Below, in pieces: positions 38,229 to 47,852 of a DNA stretch of 49,903 bases. Each line of letters opens with the position of its first letter. Positions within the stretch are counted from its first letter, which is position 1. The DNA lies in the NCBI GenBank assembly GCA_002306085.1, contig DBRS01000019.1, forward strand, positions 336-50,238. The letters are read 5' to 3'. Made by a program: the position numbers and the translations under genes. The notes under the pieces are model-generated. The model searched no databases and had not been told where the DNA came from. It saw only the letters and a program-made list of their open reading frames with translations. Source of the DNA: Candidatus Moranbacteria bacterium UBA1362 (GTDB lineage: Bacteria > Patescibacteriota > Minisyncoccia > Moranbacterales > GWC2-37-73).

Positions 38229-38440
38229 TTTTTGTTCCCCTTTATTTTTGTTTTAGAGTAATTTAGATTCACAACCAATAAATTATAACATGAAAAAACC
38301 ATGTAACCTATATTTTTTGAAAACACGTGCACAGCAAACCACGGAAGAACTCTGCAGTCTTGCGATATGATTTTGCGCTCCGGGCAAAATTCTTTGCCTG
38401 TTTACGGCAACATTACATATTTATTATAACACAAACGATT

Positions 38441-38467
38441 AAAAAAATCGAAGCTCAGCTTCGATTT
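38441..38467 (-). terminator. intrinsic terminator after the ArsR gene
   Basis: AAATCGAAGC-TGA-GCTTCGATTT followed by a T-run. Confidence 0.8.
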
Positions 38468-38491
38468 GTTAAATTTCTCTTTACAAAACAG

Positions 38492-38809
38492 CTATATTCC
38501 AAGCAATTCCCTGAATGCCCGATTAAGCTCTTTCAGATTTTTCGCGTTAACACTGTAATGCCTGAAAGTTCCTTCCTGTTTTTCGTTTAAAAGTCCCAGG
38601 CTTTTGAGTTTTGAAATATGATGCGAAGTCAGATTCTGCGGAAGATGAAGCTGATTATGAATTTCTGTCACATTCATGGTTTTTCCCTTAAGCGCCAGCA
38701 ATATCTTAAGCCTGTTCTCATCGGCTAATATTTTAAGAAATTTGTTGACTTTTACAAATTTATCTCCTTCACCCTGCGCTCTTTTCTGATTGTAGTTTTG
38801 CTTTTTCAT
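38492..38809 (-). CDS. ArsR/SmtB-family winged-helix regulator
   Basis: LKILADENRLKIL...QNLTSHHISKLK..GLL...EG. Confidence 0.9.
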   Translation of the reverse strand: MKKQNYNQKRAQGEGDKFVKVNKFLKILADENRLKILLALKGKTMNVTEIHNQLHLPQNLTSHHISKLKSLGLLNEKQEGTFRHYSVNAKNLKELNRAFRELLGI

Positions 38810-38861
38810 ATTTATACAATCTTATTAATTATTAACAACTATCTCTCTTGTATCATCTACA

Positions 38862-40082
38862 TTAATGATACGTATCATCGTACGAATTCTTTCGTTTTGC
38901 AAGAATCTTCATAAGAATAATATAGAAATTAAGATTATGAATTGATGCTAAATTGAGAAACAACGGCTCATTCGTTCTGAGCAAATAGTGCAAATAAGAC
39001 TTTGTGTAATTCCGACAGACATAGCAGTCGCAATAGGTATCAATTGGCGTAAAATCTTTCTTGAATCGCTCATTGCTGATATTTTTTGTCTCATAAAATA
39101 ATCCTTTCGCAAGACTAGAAAATAAAGCGGGATCATTCGGATCGATCTTCCAGACAAAAAGTCTTCCGTGCCTGCCTTCTCTTGTCGGAATCACGCAATC
39201 AAACATATCTATGCCGTTCATAACAGCCGATATAATTTCTTCGGGCTTCCCAAGTCCCATCAAATACCGCGGTTTATCCTCGGGCAAAACAGGCGCCAGC
39301 CAACCAAGAATTTCATACAAATGTTTGCGAGGTTCTCCCACGGCAACCCCGCCGATGGCGTATCCGTCAAATCCTATTTTGACAAGTCTTTCCGCGCATT
39401 CTTTTCTGAGATCCTCATAAACACTCCCCTGCACAATTCCAAACAAGAGAGGTCTATTTGGTAAGTTTTTATTTTTTATTTTCAAATTTCGAGTTTGTCT
39501 AGAATTTCGTGCACTCAATTTTGAACCAGTTTTTTTCTCAAAGTGCTTTTTACACCTCTCGGCCCATCGCAGCGTAAGCTCCATGGATTCTCTTGCTTTT
39601 TCGTATGAGCAAGGAAACGGAGGGCATTCGTCAAGAACCATAATTATGTCGCTGCCCAAGTCCAATTGAATGTCTATTGACTTTTCAGGAGACATGAAGT
39701 GCTTCCTACCATCAACAGGATCAATAAATTCTACCCCGTCTTCATTGATAGAGACGCCGCTTTTGCCAAATTTTTTCTCGGCCCTCGAACCAAGCGAAAA
39801 AACCTGATACCCTCCGGAATCAGTCAATATTGATCCGTGCCAATTCATGAACCTGTGAAGTCCGCCTGCCTTCTTTATGACGTCTTCACCCGGACGCAGC
39901 CAAAGATGATAGGTATTTCCCAAAATAATTTCCGCTCCCATATCTTTCAAATCCTCCGAAGACACATTTTTCACCGCGCCTTTTGTGGCAATTGGCATAA
40001 AAAACGGAGTATGGGTAACTCCGCTTTTGGTTTTCAGCAAACCAGTGCGAATCTTTTTTGTTTTGGAAGTAAGCCTAAACAC
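38862..40082 (-). CDS. tgt: tRNA-guanine transglycosylase
   Basis: TPFFMP, DSGGYQ, GIVQG, DMFDCV.PTR, CDCYVC..H; start set to GTG 40082. Confidence 0.95.
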   Translation of the reverse strand: MFRLTSKTKKIRTGLLKTKSGVTHTPFFMPIATKGAVKNVSSEDLKDMGAEIILGNTYHLWLRPGEDVIKKAGGLHRFMNWHGSILTDSGGYQVFSLGSRAEKKFGKSGVSINEDGVEFIDPVDGRKHFMSPEKSIDIQLDLGSDIIMVLDECPPFPCSYEKARESMELTLRWAERCKKHFEKKTGSKLSARNSRQTRNLKIKNKNLPNRPLLFGIVQGSVYEDLRKECAERLVKIGFDGYAIGGVAVGEPRKHLYEILGWLAPVLPEDKPRYLMGLGKPEEIISAVMNGIDMFDCVIPTREGRHGRLFVWKIDPNDPALFSSLAKGLFYETKNISNERFKKDFTPIDTYCDCYVCRNYTKSYLHYLLRTNEPLFLNLASIHNLNFYIILMKILAKRKNSYDDTYH

Positions 40083-40088
40083 TGCTGA

Positions 40089-40117
40089 ATAATAACAAGA
40101 CTTGTACGAAGTGTCAA
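40089..40117 (-). promoter_or_regulatory. tgt promoter (probably gives a leaderless mRNA)
   Basis: TTGACA, 17 bp spacer, TATTAT (extended TG), 6 nt before GTG. Confidence 0.75.
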
Positions 40118-40143
40118 CAGAATATCCGAGCAAATCCAGAGAT

Positions 40144-42063
40144 TTATCTGGCAACTTTCGAATTCGCATATCCGACACCCGGATCCTCAGGAAGCTGCGT
40201 ATCTTTTTGTTCGATACTTTTTATAATATCCACATTGGCAAATTTGTCCTTTGCGGTAAAAATGGATTTGTTAACGATGGGAATCGGTTCGCCTATCTGA
40301 TTGACTTGTGGAACAACACCGATCTGAAAAACAACTTCTCGCGCGGGAACAAGAACCCCAGTACCTGCGGGAATATCCCCGATATCCCACACCACCTGAT
40401 TGGTTCTAGAGTCATAGGATATCTTTTCATCCGCGGGATAAATTTGTCCGGTCCATTTGATGCCCGAGGGAAGGGATGACACAATCCTGGCACCTGAAAG
40501 ATCATTGGAAATATTTGCAACGGCCCAGTGCACAGAAAATGTCGTTTCTCTATTTGTTTCCATTGGAATCGGCCCGGAATTCCTAATCTTACTATCATTA
40601 TAGAAGGCTTTTGTTTCAAATATTACTTTTGAGGCCAATCTCAATTCAAGTGTGTTGCTTCCTATGATTTTATTTGAATCAACAGGAGTAGGTATATCCG
40701 GACTGTCTATTTTGGCAACTGATGTTACGACAAAGTTCTTGTCTTCACTGCTGTCTACCGGAATCATAGTCTTCACAGGAATTAAAAAATATACTTCTCC
40801 CCCTTGCCCGGGATCTATGTTGGCGAGTCCTGGAATTCCGGACGCTTTCCATGTAATGGTATTCGTAGAACCGTCAAATGAACCTTTTTCTATTTTTATC
40901 TTGGAAAAATCCAGAACTTTACTCTGTATTTCAGCTGTAATTATGGCATTGCGTAATCCCATATCCCCCGTGTTCCGATAAGATAGCATGTATTTCAAAG
41001 TTTCCCCGGGATATATCACGTTTCCTTCTTTATTCTGAAGTTTTTGCATAATACCCAAAAGAGGAGCAACAACCGTTGTGCTTGCCTGACTCCTATTGAA
41101 CACAACTAGTTCACCATTGCTTCCCTGATGCCCCATAGAAACAACGATATCCTTGTTTTCCCCATCACTCCCCGAGAGGCTTCCTCGTATGGTTATTTTT
41201 CCTTCCTGATTAGGCTCAAGACTTCCAATACGCCAGTATGATTCGCCCTCGAGAGGCTGAGGGTCGGCAATTTTCATTTCGAAGCCTGATGGAAAATCTA
41301 TTTTTATCCGCAAATCTCCAATACTTCTGATATCAAGATTTCTGTATTTTATTAAGTACTCAACCTGGTCGCCATTGGCCGCCTGTTTGGGAACTGAAAG
41401 ATCAAGCGCAATGGGAGCCGCTGTGATCTTAATATTAATCTGGCTGTCCATGCTTAATGTTTCAGATCCATTTGACGGCATAAAATTAAACGTCGTTTTT
41501 AAAAATAAAGGATAATCTTCGGGAGCATAGAAAATACCCTTAAGTTCGACGCTTCCTTCGCTCATAGGCCTTATGTCGCCGACAAAAATTTTGCCTGAGC
41601 TGGGGCTGAAGATTTTCAAATTGGTATTATCGACAGGCTGAAAGTTTTCGGAATATGTCAGTTCCAACTCGGCATTTTTGAGCGAAACACGGTTGTTATT
41701 TTTATAATGAATGACGTATTTTGTCTGCTGCATGCTATCAGCTTCCGTTGGTCCTTCAAAATAAACCTCGACGCGATCCTGATGAAAAGCGTTTTTCTGC
41801 CACCATTGGTAGAAATAAACAGCTCCGCCTATAAGAGAAAGCGTCAGAAGAACCGCGCCGACAGTAATCAGAATTTTCTTTCTTCGCAAAGCAGCAATTT
41901 CCTTTTTCTCCTTTTGCCACATTTCTTCCTGAAAAAACGGATTCGATTTCGGTTGCTCAACCGCTGAAGACACTAAATCATACTCGCTTGCTTCGCGCTT
42001 CCTTGCCGAAATTACCTTGGAATCATTTTTGTATAGTTCCCTGTTAAGATCTTCTAAGGACAT
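40144..42063 (-). CDS. N-terminally anchored membrane protein with beta-rich Ig-like (DUF11-like) domains
   Basis: TM ILITVGAVLLTLSLIGGAVYFY; repeated YxIxYxN...L..G..G beta modules. Confidence 0.75.
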   Translation of the reverse strand: MSLEDLNRELYKNDSKVISARKREASEYDLVSSAVEQPKSNPFFQEEMWQKEKKEIAALRRKKILITVGAVLLTLSLIGGAVYFYQWWQKNAFHQDRVEVYFEGPTEADSMQQTKYVIHYKNNNRVSLKNAELELTYSENFQPVDNTNLKIFSPSSGKIFVGDIRPMSEGSVELKGIFYAPEDYPLFLKTTFNFMPSNGSETLSMDSQINIKITAAPIALDLSVPKQAANGDQVEYLIKYRNLDIRSIGDLRIKIDFPSGFEMKIADPQPLEGESYWRIGSLEPNQEGKITIRGSLSGSDGENKDIVVSMGHQGSNGELVVFNRSQASTTVVAPLLGIMQKLQNKEGNVIYPGETLKYMLSYRNTGDMGLRNAIITAEIQSKVLDFSKIKIEKGSFDGSTNTITWKASGIPGLANIDPGQGGEVYFLIPVKTMIPVDSSEDKNFVVTSVAKIDSPDIPTPVDSNKIIGSNTLELRLASKVIFETKAFYNDSKIRNSGPIPMETNRETTFSVHWAVANISNDLSGARIVSSLPSGIKWTGQIYPADEKISYDSRTNQVVWDIGDIPAGTGVLVPAREVVFQIGVVPQVNQIGEPIPIVNKSIFTAKDKFANVDIIKSIEQKDTQLPEDPGVGYANSKVAR

Positions 42064-42267
42064 AATGATTTTTGTTTTTATGTTATCGAGAAAATATTTT
42101 ATTTTGTGTTATTATACCATAAATATTATTTAATAGCCATTTTTTCTCTTAATTTATTTTAAATATCGAGCCGCAGTTCAATTGCTTGGAGAAAATTTTG
42201 CAAAACAAATTATTTCAAAAATTAAACATTTGGAAAGCTGACGCACTTGCGATTGAGATTGAAATTT

Positions 42268-42987
42268 TTACATGTTCCATCTTGAAAAGTCTTCGATCGC
42301 GATACGGACACTGGCAAGATCCTTTTGCAAAGCCTGTATTTTATAAAGAGAGCTCATTTTGCTCCTGAGAAAAAGCCGCATGATTTTGACCGCGTTCACG
42401 CTGATCGGAATCGCCAGAAATTTGCCGCCGCATGCGCATTTTTCGCACAGCACTCCTCCGTGTTTGGAACTGAAGCCCAGAGATCCGCGTGATAGAACGC
42501 TTCCGCATGCCGCGCACGAATCAACTCCGACCGCGTATCCGAGTTCAAACATGAATTTGGCCATAAAACCCAATCTCAGCAACTGATGTTTTTCCCTGAG
42601 ATTTTTCCGCGCACAAATATCGGCAACTTCAAAATATTCTTTGAGCAAGTTGAAGATTCTGTCATCAGCGCTTTCCAGATCGACAAGTTTGTCAAAAACG
42701 CCGATGCTCGAAAATACTTCCAGAAGCGCATCGCAATCGTTCTTCAGATTCGGAAAGCTGTTTTCAATAATCGAACCGGTTATTTTTCCAAGTCCCTTCG
42801 TGCGCACGATCGTGATATCCGCCAAGGTTATGTTTTCAAGTGATGATGCGAGTTTGGCTTCCGGCTTTCTTATTCCCTTGGCAAGCGATCTTATTTTCCC
42901 GCCCTCAAGAGTATAGATCGTATAGATACGGTCCGTCTCCCCCACATCGCGCTTATTCAAGATGATCCCGGTGTATTTGTACTCCAT
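42268..42987 (-). CDS. recO: DNA repair protein RecO
   Basis: GETDRIYTIYT..GGKI..LAKGIRK, CxxC...GGVLCxxC zinc site. Confidence 0.92.
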   Translation of the reverse strand: MEYKYTGIILNKRDVGETDRIYTIYTLEGGKIRSLAKGIRKPEAKLASSLENITLADITIVRTKGLGKITGSIIENSFPNLKNDCDALLEVFSSIGVFDKLVDLESADDRIFNLLKEYFEVADICARKNLREKHQLLRLGFMAKFMFELGYAVGVDSCAACGSVLSRGSLGFSSKHGGVLCEKCACGGKFLAIPISVNAVKIMRLFLRSKMSSLYKIQALQKDLASVRIAIEDFSRWNM

Positions 42988-42996
42988 GTATATTAC

Positions 42997-43026
42997 ATTT
43001 TAAGACTAGAGCTCAATGAAAGTCAA
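42997..43026 (-). promoter_or_regulatory. recO promoter (very short or no leader)
   Basis: TTGACT, 18 bp spacer, TAAAAT, 9 nt before ATG. Confidence 0.6.
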
Positions 43027-43175
43027 AGGTTGCACCTGCCAATTAAGCATGTTTTTGCAAATTTTTAGTTTTTAAATTTTGATTTTTATTGTCAGCCAGA
43101 AACTGATTCGTTTCGGCGTAAATTTCAATAAGCATGTTCAGACAGTCAGTCTTGATCCGAAATTCAAAATTAAAT

Positions 43176-43201
43176 AAAAGCCCTGCGTAAAGCAAGGCTT
43201 T
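43176..43201 (-). terminator. probable terminator after ileS
   Basis: AAAGCCTTGC-TTTAC-GCAGGGCTTTT. Confidence 0.7.
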
Positions 43202-43248
43202 CATAGTGACTTCCATGGAGGTCACCATAGTGATCACCAAAGTATCTT

Positions 43249-46200
43249 CTAGGCCTTTTTAATCCTAATATAAATTTTCTCTCCCTCAATTTCAAATTCT
43301 TTTTCAAGATCAAAATCGGCAAGAGCTTCTTTCGAAACAGAGTTTGCCAAAGTTTCCTTTGCAATCAAACCATCAAACTTTTCAAAAACTTTTTCATGGC
43401 CCTGATATGAAACGTTGATGCGGTTTTCCACTTCATAGCCGGCCTGCTTGCGCATCTCCTGAATGAAGCGGATGATTTCACGCGCAATTCCTTCAAGTTT
43501 CAAATCCTCTGCACTTAAACTAGGATTTCCTTCAATATTATATTTTATTATAAGATCTTTGGTAACACTCTTAAATTCAAGTACCAATTCTATATCTTTC
43601 TCAGCTTCTTCATTAAAATTAATACCCTTGATATTCAACTCATCTTTTGCTATTTCGATAAGCTCATTGTTAATCTTTTTGCCTTTAATCACGATACCAG
43701 CGATAGGTTGTCGAACTTTTATCCCGGCCTTTGCACGTTCTTGCAATCCCAAGCTTATTACTTCTCTCAAATTTTTCATCTCCTCATTCAATTTTTCATC
43801 AATCATTTTTTCATCAACAACCGGAAATTCAGCAAGATGAACGGATTCTTTGCCAGTAAGATTTTTATATATTTCTTCCGAAACGAACGGCGTAAAAGGC
43901 GCCATAAGCTTTGAAAGCTCGACAAGCACATGATGAAGAGTCGCGTATGCGTCATTTTTGTCGCTGTCGTTTTCGCTTTTCCAAAATCTTTTCCTTGACC
44001 TGCGGATATACCAGTTGGAAAGATTATCAATAAACTTTTCAATTGATTTTGCCGCCGCATAAATGTCATATGAATCAAGTTTTTCGTCAACATTTTTAAT
44101 CAACATATTGAGTTCTGACAGAATCCACCTGTCCAGAAGATTTGCCTTGTCGCCTGTCGCTTGTCCCTTGTCACTTGCACTTGGTTTCCATTTATCAACA
44201 TTTGCATACATCACAAAAAATGAATATGAATTCCAAAGCATGCGAAAAACCCGATTCATGATATCCTTCATGCCCTTAACATCAAACCTTTTCGGAAGTC
44301 CTGGCTGATTGATTGTATATAGCATCCAGCGAAGCATATCGGCTCCATATTGATCCATCACAGGCATCGGTTCCACAATGTTTCCGAGTGATTTGCTCAT
44401 TTTTTTGCCCTTTGCGTCAAGAATGTGCCCGAGGCAAATGACATTTTTATAAGCATATCCCGCGGGAGTTTTTCCGGCTTTATTGAGCAGCGTAGAAATA
44501 GCGTGCAAAGTGTAGAACCATCCGCGTGTCTGGTCGATAGCTTCGGAAATATAATCCGCAGGATAAAATTTTCCTGATTCTATCTCTTTTCTGTCTTCTT
44601 CGGTTGCGCCGTTGGGATAATTAAACTGAGCAGTTGGCATGGAACCGCTGTCGAACCAGACATCCAAAACTTCTTTTTCGCGTACCATTTCTCCTCCGCA
44701 TTCGCAAGGAAGTTTCACATCGTCAATGAAAGGCTTGTGCAGGTCATCAAGTTTTTTTCCGTAAAGTTCTTCAATCTCTTTTGCCGATTCAACAACCTTT
44801 ATGCCATCACACTTGCCGCACGTCCAAATTGGAAGCGGAGTTCCCCAATATCTTTCGCGTGAAATTCCCCAGTCCTTAATGCTTCTCAACCATTCTCCGA
44901 AGCGTCCTTCCTTGATGTGTTCCGGAATCCAGTTAATTTTTTCGTTATTTTTTACAAGATCTCCTGATAATTCACTCATGCGGATAAACCAGGATGGTTT
45001 TGCATAATAAATGAGAGGAGTTGAACATCTCCAGCAGAATGGATATTCATGTTCGTATTCTTCTTCCTTAAAAAGCAACTTTCTTTTCTTCAAATCTTCA
45101 ATGATCAAATCATCTACAGCATAGCGGTTCTTCTCGTTCTTTTTCTTCACAGGAATTCCTTTGCCGGGAACATCGGCATCCATTTCTCCTTTTTCGTTAA
45201 TGGTTATCAGAGTCGGCAAATCGTATTCTTTTCCAACATTCGCGTCATCTTCGCCAAACGCCGGCGCAATATGCACAACTCCCGTTCCGTCTTCAGTTGA
45301 GACAAAATCTCCGGAAACTACTTTGTAAACATTTTCTTTGTCAGTTAGCGCATAAAGTGGTTCATAAACAAGGCTGATTAATTTATCCCCTGGAAATTCC
45401 CTTATTATTTTGTGTTTTTCATCTATAACACCAGATCTATTTTTAGCTAAAATATATTGTTCTTTTTCCTGCTTTATTGCTACATATCCAATGTCTTTCC
45501 CAACAGCTAAAGCCACGTTGCCCGGAAGCGTCCACGGCGTCGTTGTCCAAGCTAAAATATACGTCTTGTCATCAGTGATGAAGTCTCCCACTTTTTGTCC
45601 TGGTTTTAATTTGAATTTAATATATATTGAATTTTCTTTGACAGTCTGATATCCTTGCGCGACTTCATGCGATGAAAGCGCTGTTCCGCAGCGATAACAA
45701 TACGGAATAACCCTGTGCCCTTTATACAAAAGCGAATCTCTCTTGGCATTTTTAAGTTTCGCAACCTGCGCAATCACCCACCAGACCGATTCGATGTAGG
45801 AATTTTCATATGTGACGTAGGGATGTTGCATATCAACCCAGTATCCCATTCGTCTCGTAAGTTTTTCCCAAAGATCTTTATATACCCAGACTGATTCTTT
45901 ACATTTTTTATTGAATTCAATAATGCTTTCGCGCGGATTTCCGGGAACGATATTTTCGATATCCTGTTTGTTCTTGAGCCCCAATTCTTTTTCAACCTGG
46001 ATTTCAACAGGAAGCCCGTGTGTGTCCCAGCCCGCTTTTCTTTCAACACGAAAGCCTTTCATCGTCTTATAGCGAGGGATCACATCTTTGAACGCGCGCG
46101 CCAAGACATGATGAAGCCCCGGCTTTCCGTTTGCAGTCGGAGGCCCTTCATAAAAAATAAAGGATTTTTCCTCCGGATTATTTTGAACTGATTTCTCAAA

Positions 46201-46284
46201 AATTTTGTTCTCATCCCAAAACTTAAGAATTTCTTCCTCCATCTTCGGGAACGATTGGCGAGTGTCCACTTTTTTGAATGCCAT
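43249..46284 (-). CDS. ileS: isoleucine--tRNA ligase, type 2 (IleRS2)
   Basis: EGPPTANG.PGLHH, GWDTHGLP, ISRERYWGTP, DQTRGWFY, KMSKS, IleRS2-type C-terminus. Confidence 0.97.
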   Translation of the reverse strand: MAFKKVDTRQSFPKMEEEILKFWDENKIFEKSVQNNPEEKSFIFYEGPPTANGKPGLHHVLARAFKDVIPRYKTMKGFRVERKAGWDTHGLPVEIQVEKELGLKNKQDIENIVPGNPRESIIEFNKKCKESVWVYKDLWEKLTRRMGYWVDMQHPYVTYENSYIESVWWVIAQVAKLKNAKRDSLLYKGHRVIPYCYRCGTALSSHEVAQGYQTVKENSIYIKFKLKPGQKVGDFITDDKTYILAWTTTPWTLPGNVALAVGKDIGYVAIKQEKEQYILAKNRSGVIDEKHKIIREFPGDKLISLVYEPLYALTDKENVYKVVSGDFVSTEDGTGVVHIAPAFGEDDANVGKEYDLPTLITINEKGEMDADVPGKGIPVKKKNEKNRYAVDDLIIEDLKKRKLLFKEEEYEHEYPFCWRCSTPLIYYAKPSWFIRMSELSGDLVKNNEKINWIPEHIKEGRFGEWLRSIKDWGISRERYWGTPLPIWTCGKCDGIKVVESAKEIEELYGKKLDDLHKPFIDDVKLPCECGGEMVREKEVLDVWFDSGSMPTAQFNYPNGATEEDRKEIESGKFYPADYISEAIDQTRGWFYTLHAISTLLNKAGKTPAGYAYKNVICLGHILDAKGKKMSKSLGNIVEPMPVMDQYGADMLRWMLYTINQPGLPKRFDVKGMKDIMNRVFRMLWNSYSFFVMYANVDKWKPSASDKGQATGDKANLLDRWILSELNMLIKNVDEKLDSYDIYAAAKSIEKFIDNLSNWYIRRSRKRFWKSENDSDKNDAYATLHHVLVELSKLMAPFTPFVSEEIYKNLTGKESVHLAEFPVVDEKMIDEKLNEEMKNLREVISLGLQERAKAGIKVRQPIAGIVIKGKKINNELIEIAKDELNIKGINFNEEAEKDIELVLEFKSVTKDLIIKYNIEGNPSLSAEDLKLEGIAREIIRFIQEMRKQAGYEVENRINVSYQGHEKVFEKFDGLIAKETLANSVSKEALADFDLEKEFEIEGEKIYIRIKKA

Positions 46285-46301
46285 ATATTTGAAAATTTAA
46301 T

Positions 46302-46580
46302 AAAATAAAAATCCCTATGCGAAAATACATAAGGACGCTTTCATGCGTGGTACCACCTTATTTCGGTATCATGTATCAAGTATTATGTATTCGATGTAAT
46401 GCATAATACATCACACATTCTACCCTTATTTTACGGCTGTTACGGGCCTGCCCGGCAGGTTCTACTTTGCCGCGCACGACTTCAGCAAAAACCAACGGTC
46501 TTGCAATGGCGCAGCATTTCTTCCCACGGCTGGTAACGTGACCCCTCACGTTACCGGAGATTGATAGTCTCCATCGCCTT
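46302..46580 (-). ncRNA. T-box riboswitch (Ile, specifier AUC) with ultra-short Stem I and terminator
   Basis: GGAGA-CTATCAA-TCTCC; Stem II GGAAGAA...AGTAGAACC; CGGGCAGGCCCGTAACAGCC (IIA/B); TAAGG-TGGTACC-ACGC...GCGT-CCTTA; terminator GTCCTTATGT/GCATAGGGAT + T-run. Confidence 0.92.
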
Positions 46581-46587
46581 TCAATTA

Positions 46588-46616
46588 TTTATATAACGAA
46601 AAATTGCTTTTGTAAA
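46588..46616 (-). promoter_or_regulatory. promoter for the ileS leader
   Basis: TTTACA, 17 bp spacer, TATAAA. Confidence 0.65.
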
Positions 46617-46619
46617 TGC

Positions 46620-47780
46620 CTATTTCAAGCTCTTGTATATTTCCAGAGTTTCAAGCGCACATTTGTTCCAATCGAATTTTTTCGCCTGTTCAAATCCGGC
46701 CGACTTGTATTTGCTGCGAACATCCTCATTTTCCGCAAACAGAATCATGGCGTTTGTCATTTCTTCAGTATCCAAAGGATTTATATAGTACGCGGCGTCC
46801 CCAGCAAGCTCAGGAAGAGAAGAAACACGAGAAATTATCGCAGGAGACCGGGTCGCAAAAGCTTCCAGCACTGTCATTCCAAAACCTTCATAGAGAGAAG
46901 GCATAATGAAAAATTCGGCATTCTTGAAGAGCGGAACAAGATCGTCTCCTATGACATAACCTGTAAAAATCACGTCTTTGCTTAATTTAAGATCTTTGAC
47001 CATCTGCCTATATTCCTTGGATTTCCAACCTTCTTTGCCGGCGAGCACAAGTTGATAGCCGAATTTTCCGGTTTTTTGTTTTTCGCGCTGTTTGAAATCT
47101 GAAAACGCGTTCAGAAGTCTTGTAATATTTTTTGACGGTTCAAGAGTACCCAGAAAAAGAATATATTTCTTTTCAATTCCGAATTTCCCCAAAGCCTTGG
47201 CGACATCCAATTCAGGATTTTCAAAAAACCTTTCATCCAAACCGCTGTAGACCAGCGATATTTTTTCATCCTTGACTTTCAGAAATTTCCTAAGATCTTC
47301 GCGCAAATAATTTGAAACGGCTATAATTTTGTCGGCTCTGCGCGCCATAAGCTTGGCAATTGTCTTGTTTGCAATATAACGCGTCGTAGGAAGACATTCG
47401 GGAATATTGTACATGGACATGTCGTGAAATGTTACGACCGTTTTCCCCCTGTAGCCGAGCGGAATTCTATTCACAAAGGACGCGGTATGCAAAACGTCAA
47501 GCTTTTCTCTTTGCAAAGTGGCGGTAACCAATATTTCACTGTAAGCGCCGGGCATATATCTTTTGTAATCGGAAAACGGGAAAAACACTATTTTTGTGTT
47601 CGGCTTTGTAAATTTTTTCACGTCCTTTTCGCGCACACGAAAATCGAAGAAAATGACGTATTCATTCTCCTGATCGTTCTTCAGAAGATGTCTCACAAGC
47701 TGATATGTGTAATGCCCGATCCCGATCGCATCGCCTTTCTCGGGATTCAATATGGATCTGGCATCTATCCCTATACGCAT
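46620..47780 (-). CDS. GT4-family glycosyltransferase
   Basis: MRIGIDAR, TFHDM, GTLEPSKN, PSLYEGFGMTVLEA. Confidence 0.92.
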   Translation of the reverse strand: MRIGIDARSILNPEKGDAIGIGHYTYQLVRHLLKNDQENEYVIFFDFRVREKDVKKFTKPNTKIVFFPFSDYKRYMPGAYSEILVTATLQREKLDVLHTASFVNRIPLGYRGKTVVTFHDMSMYNIPECLPTTRYIANKTIAKLMARRADKIIAVSNYLREDLRKFLKVKDEKISLVYSGLDERFFENPELDVAKALGKFGIEKKYILFLGTLEPSKNITRLLNAFSDFKQREKQKTGKFGYQLVLAGKEGWKSKEYRQMVKDLKLSKDVIFTGYVIGDDLVPLFKNAEFFIMPSLYEGFGMTVLEAFATRSPAIISRVSSLPELAGDAAYYINPLDTEEMTNAMILFAENEDVRSKYKSAGFEQAKKFDWNKCALETLEIYKSLK

Positions 47781-47852
47781 AATTATTGGTATAACACAGA
47801 ATGTATTATGTATTTTGAAAATTTATACATTATACATGCTGCGTGATACTTG

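Noticed and set aside
38340-38405. c-di-GMP-I riboswitch, suggested by GGCAAA...CGCAAA
   Set aside because: No GNRA tetraloop/receptor or P2 pattern could be identified
40083-40178. N-terminal extensions of tgt, and likewise gatB, rplK, dxs, miaA and uppP, as given in the ORF track
   Set aside because: They overlap promoters, repeats or neighbouring genes and precede the conserved N-termini; downstream starts were chosen
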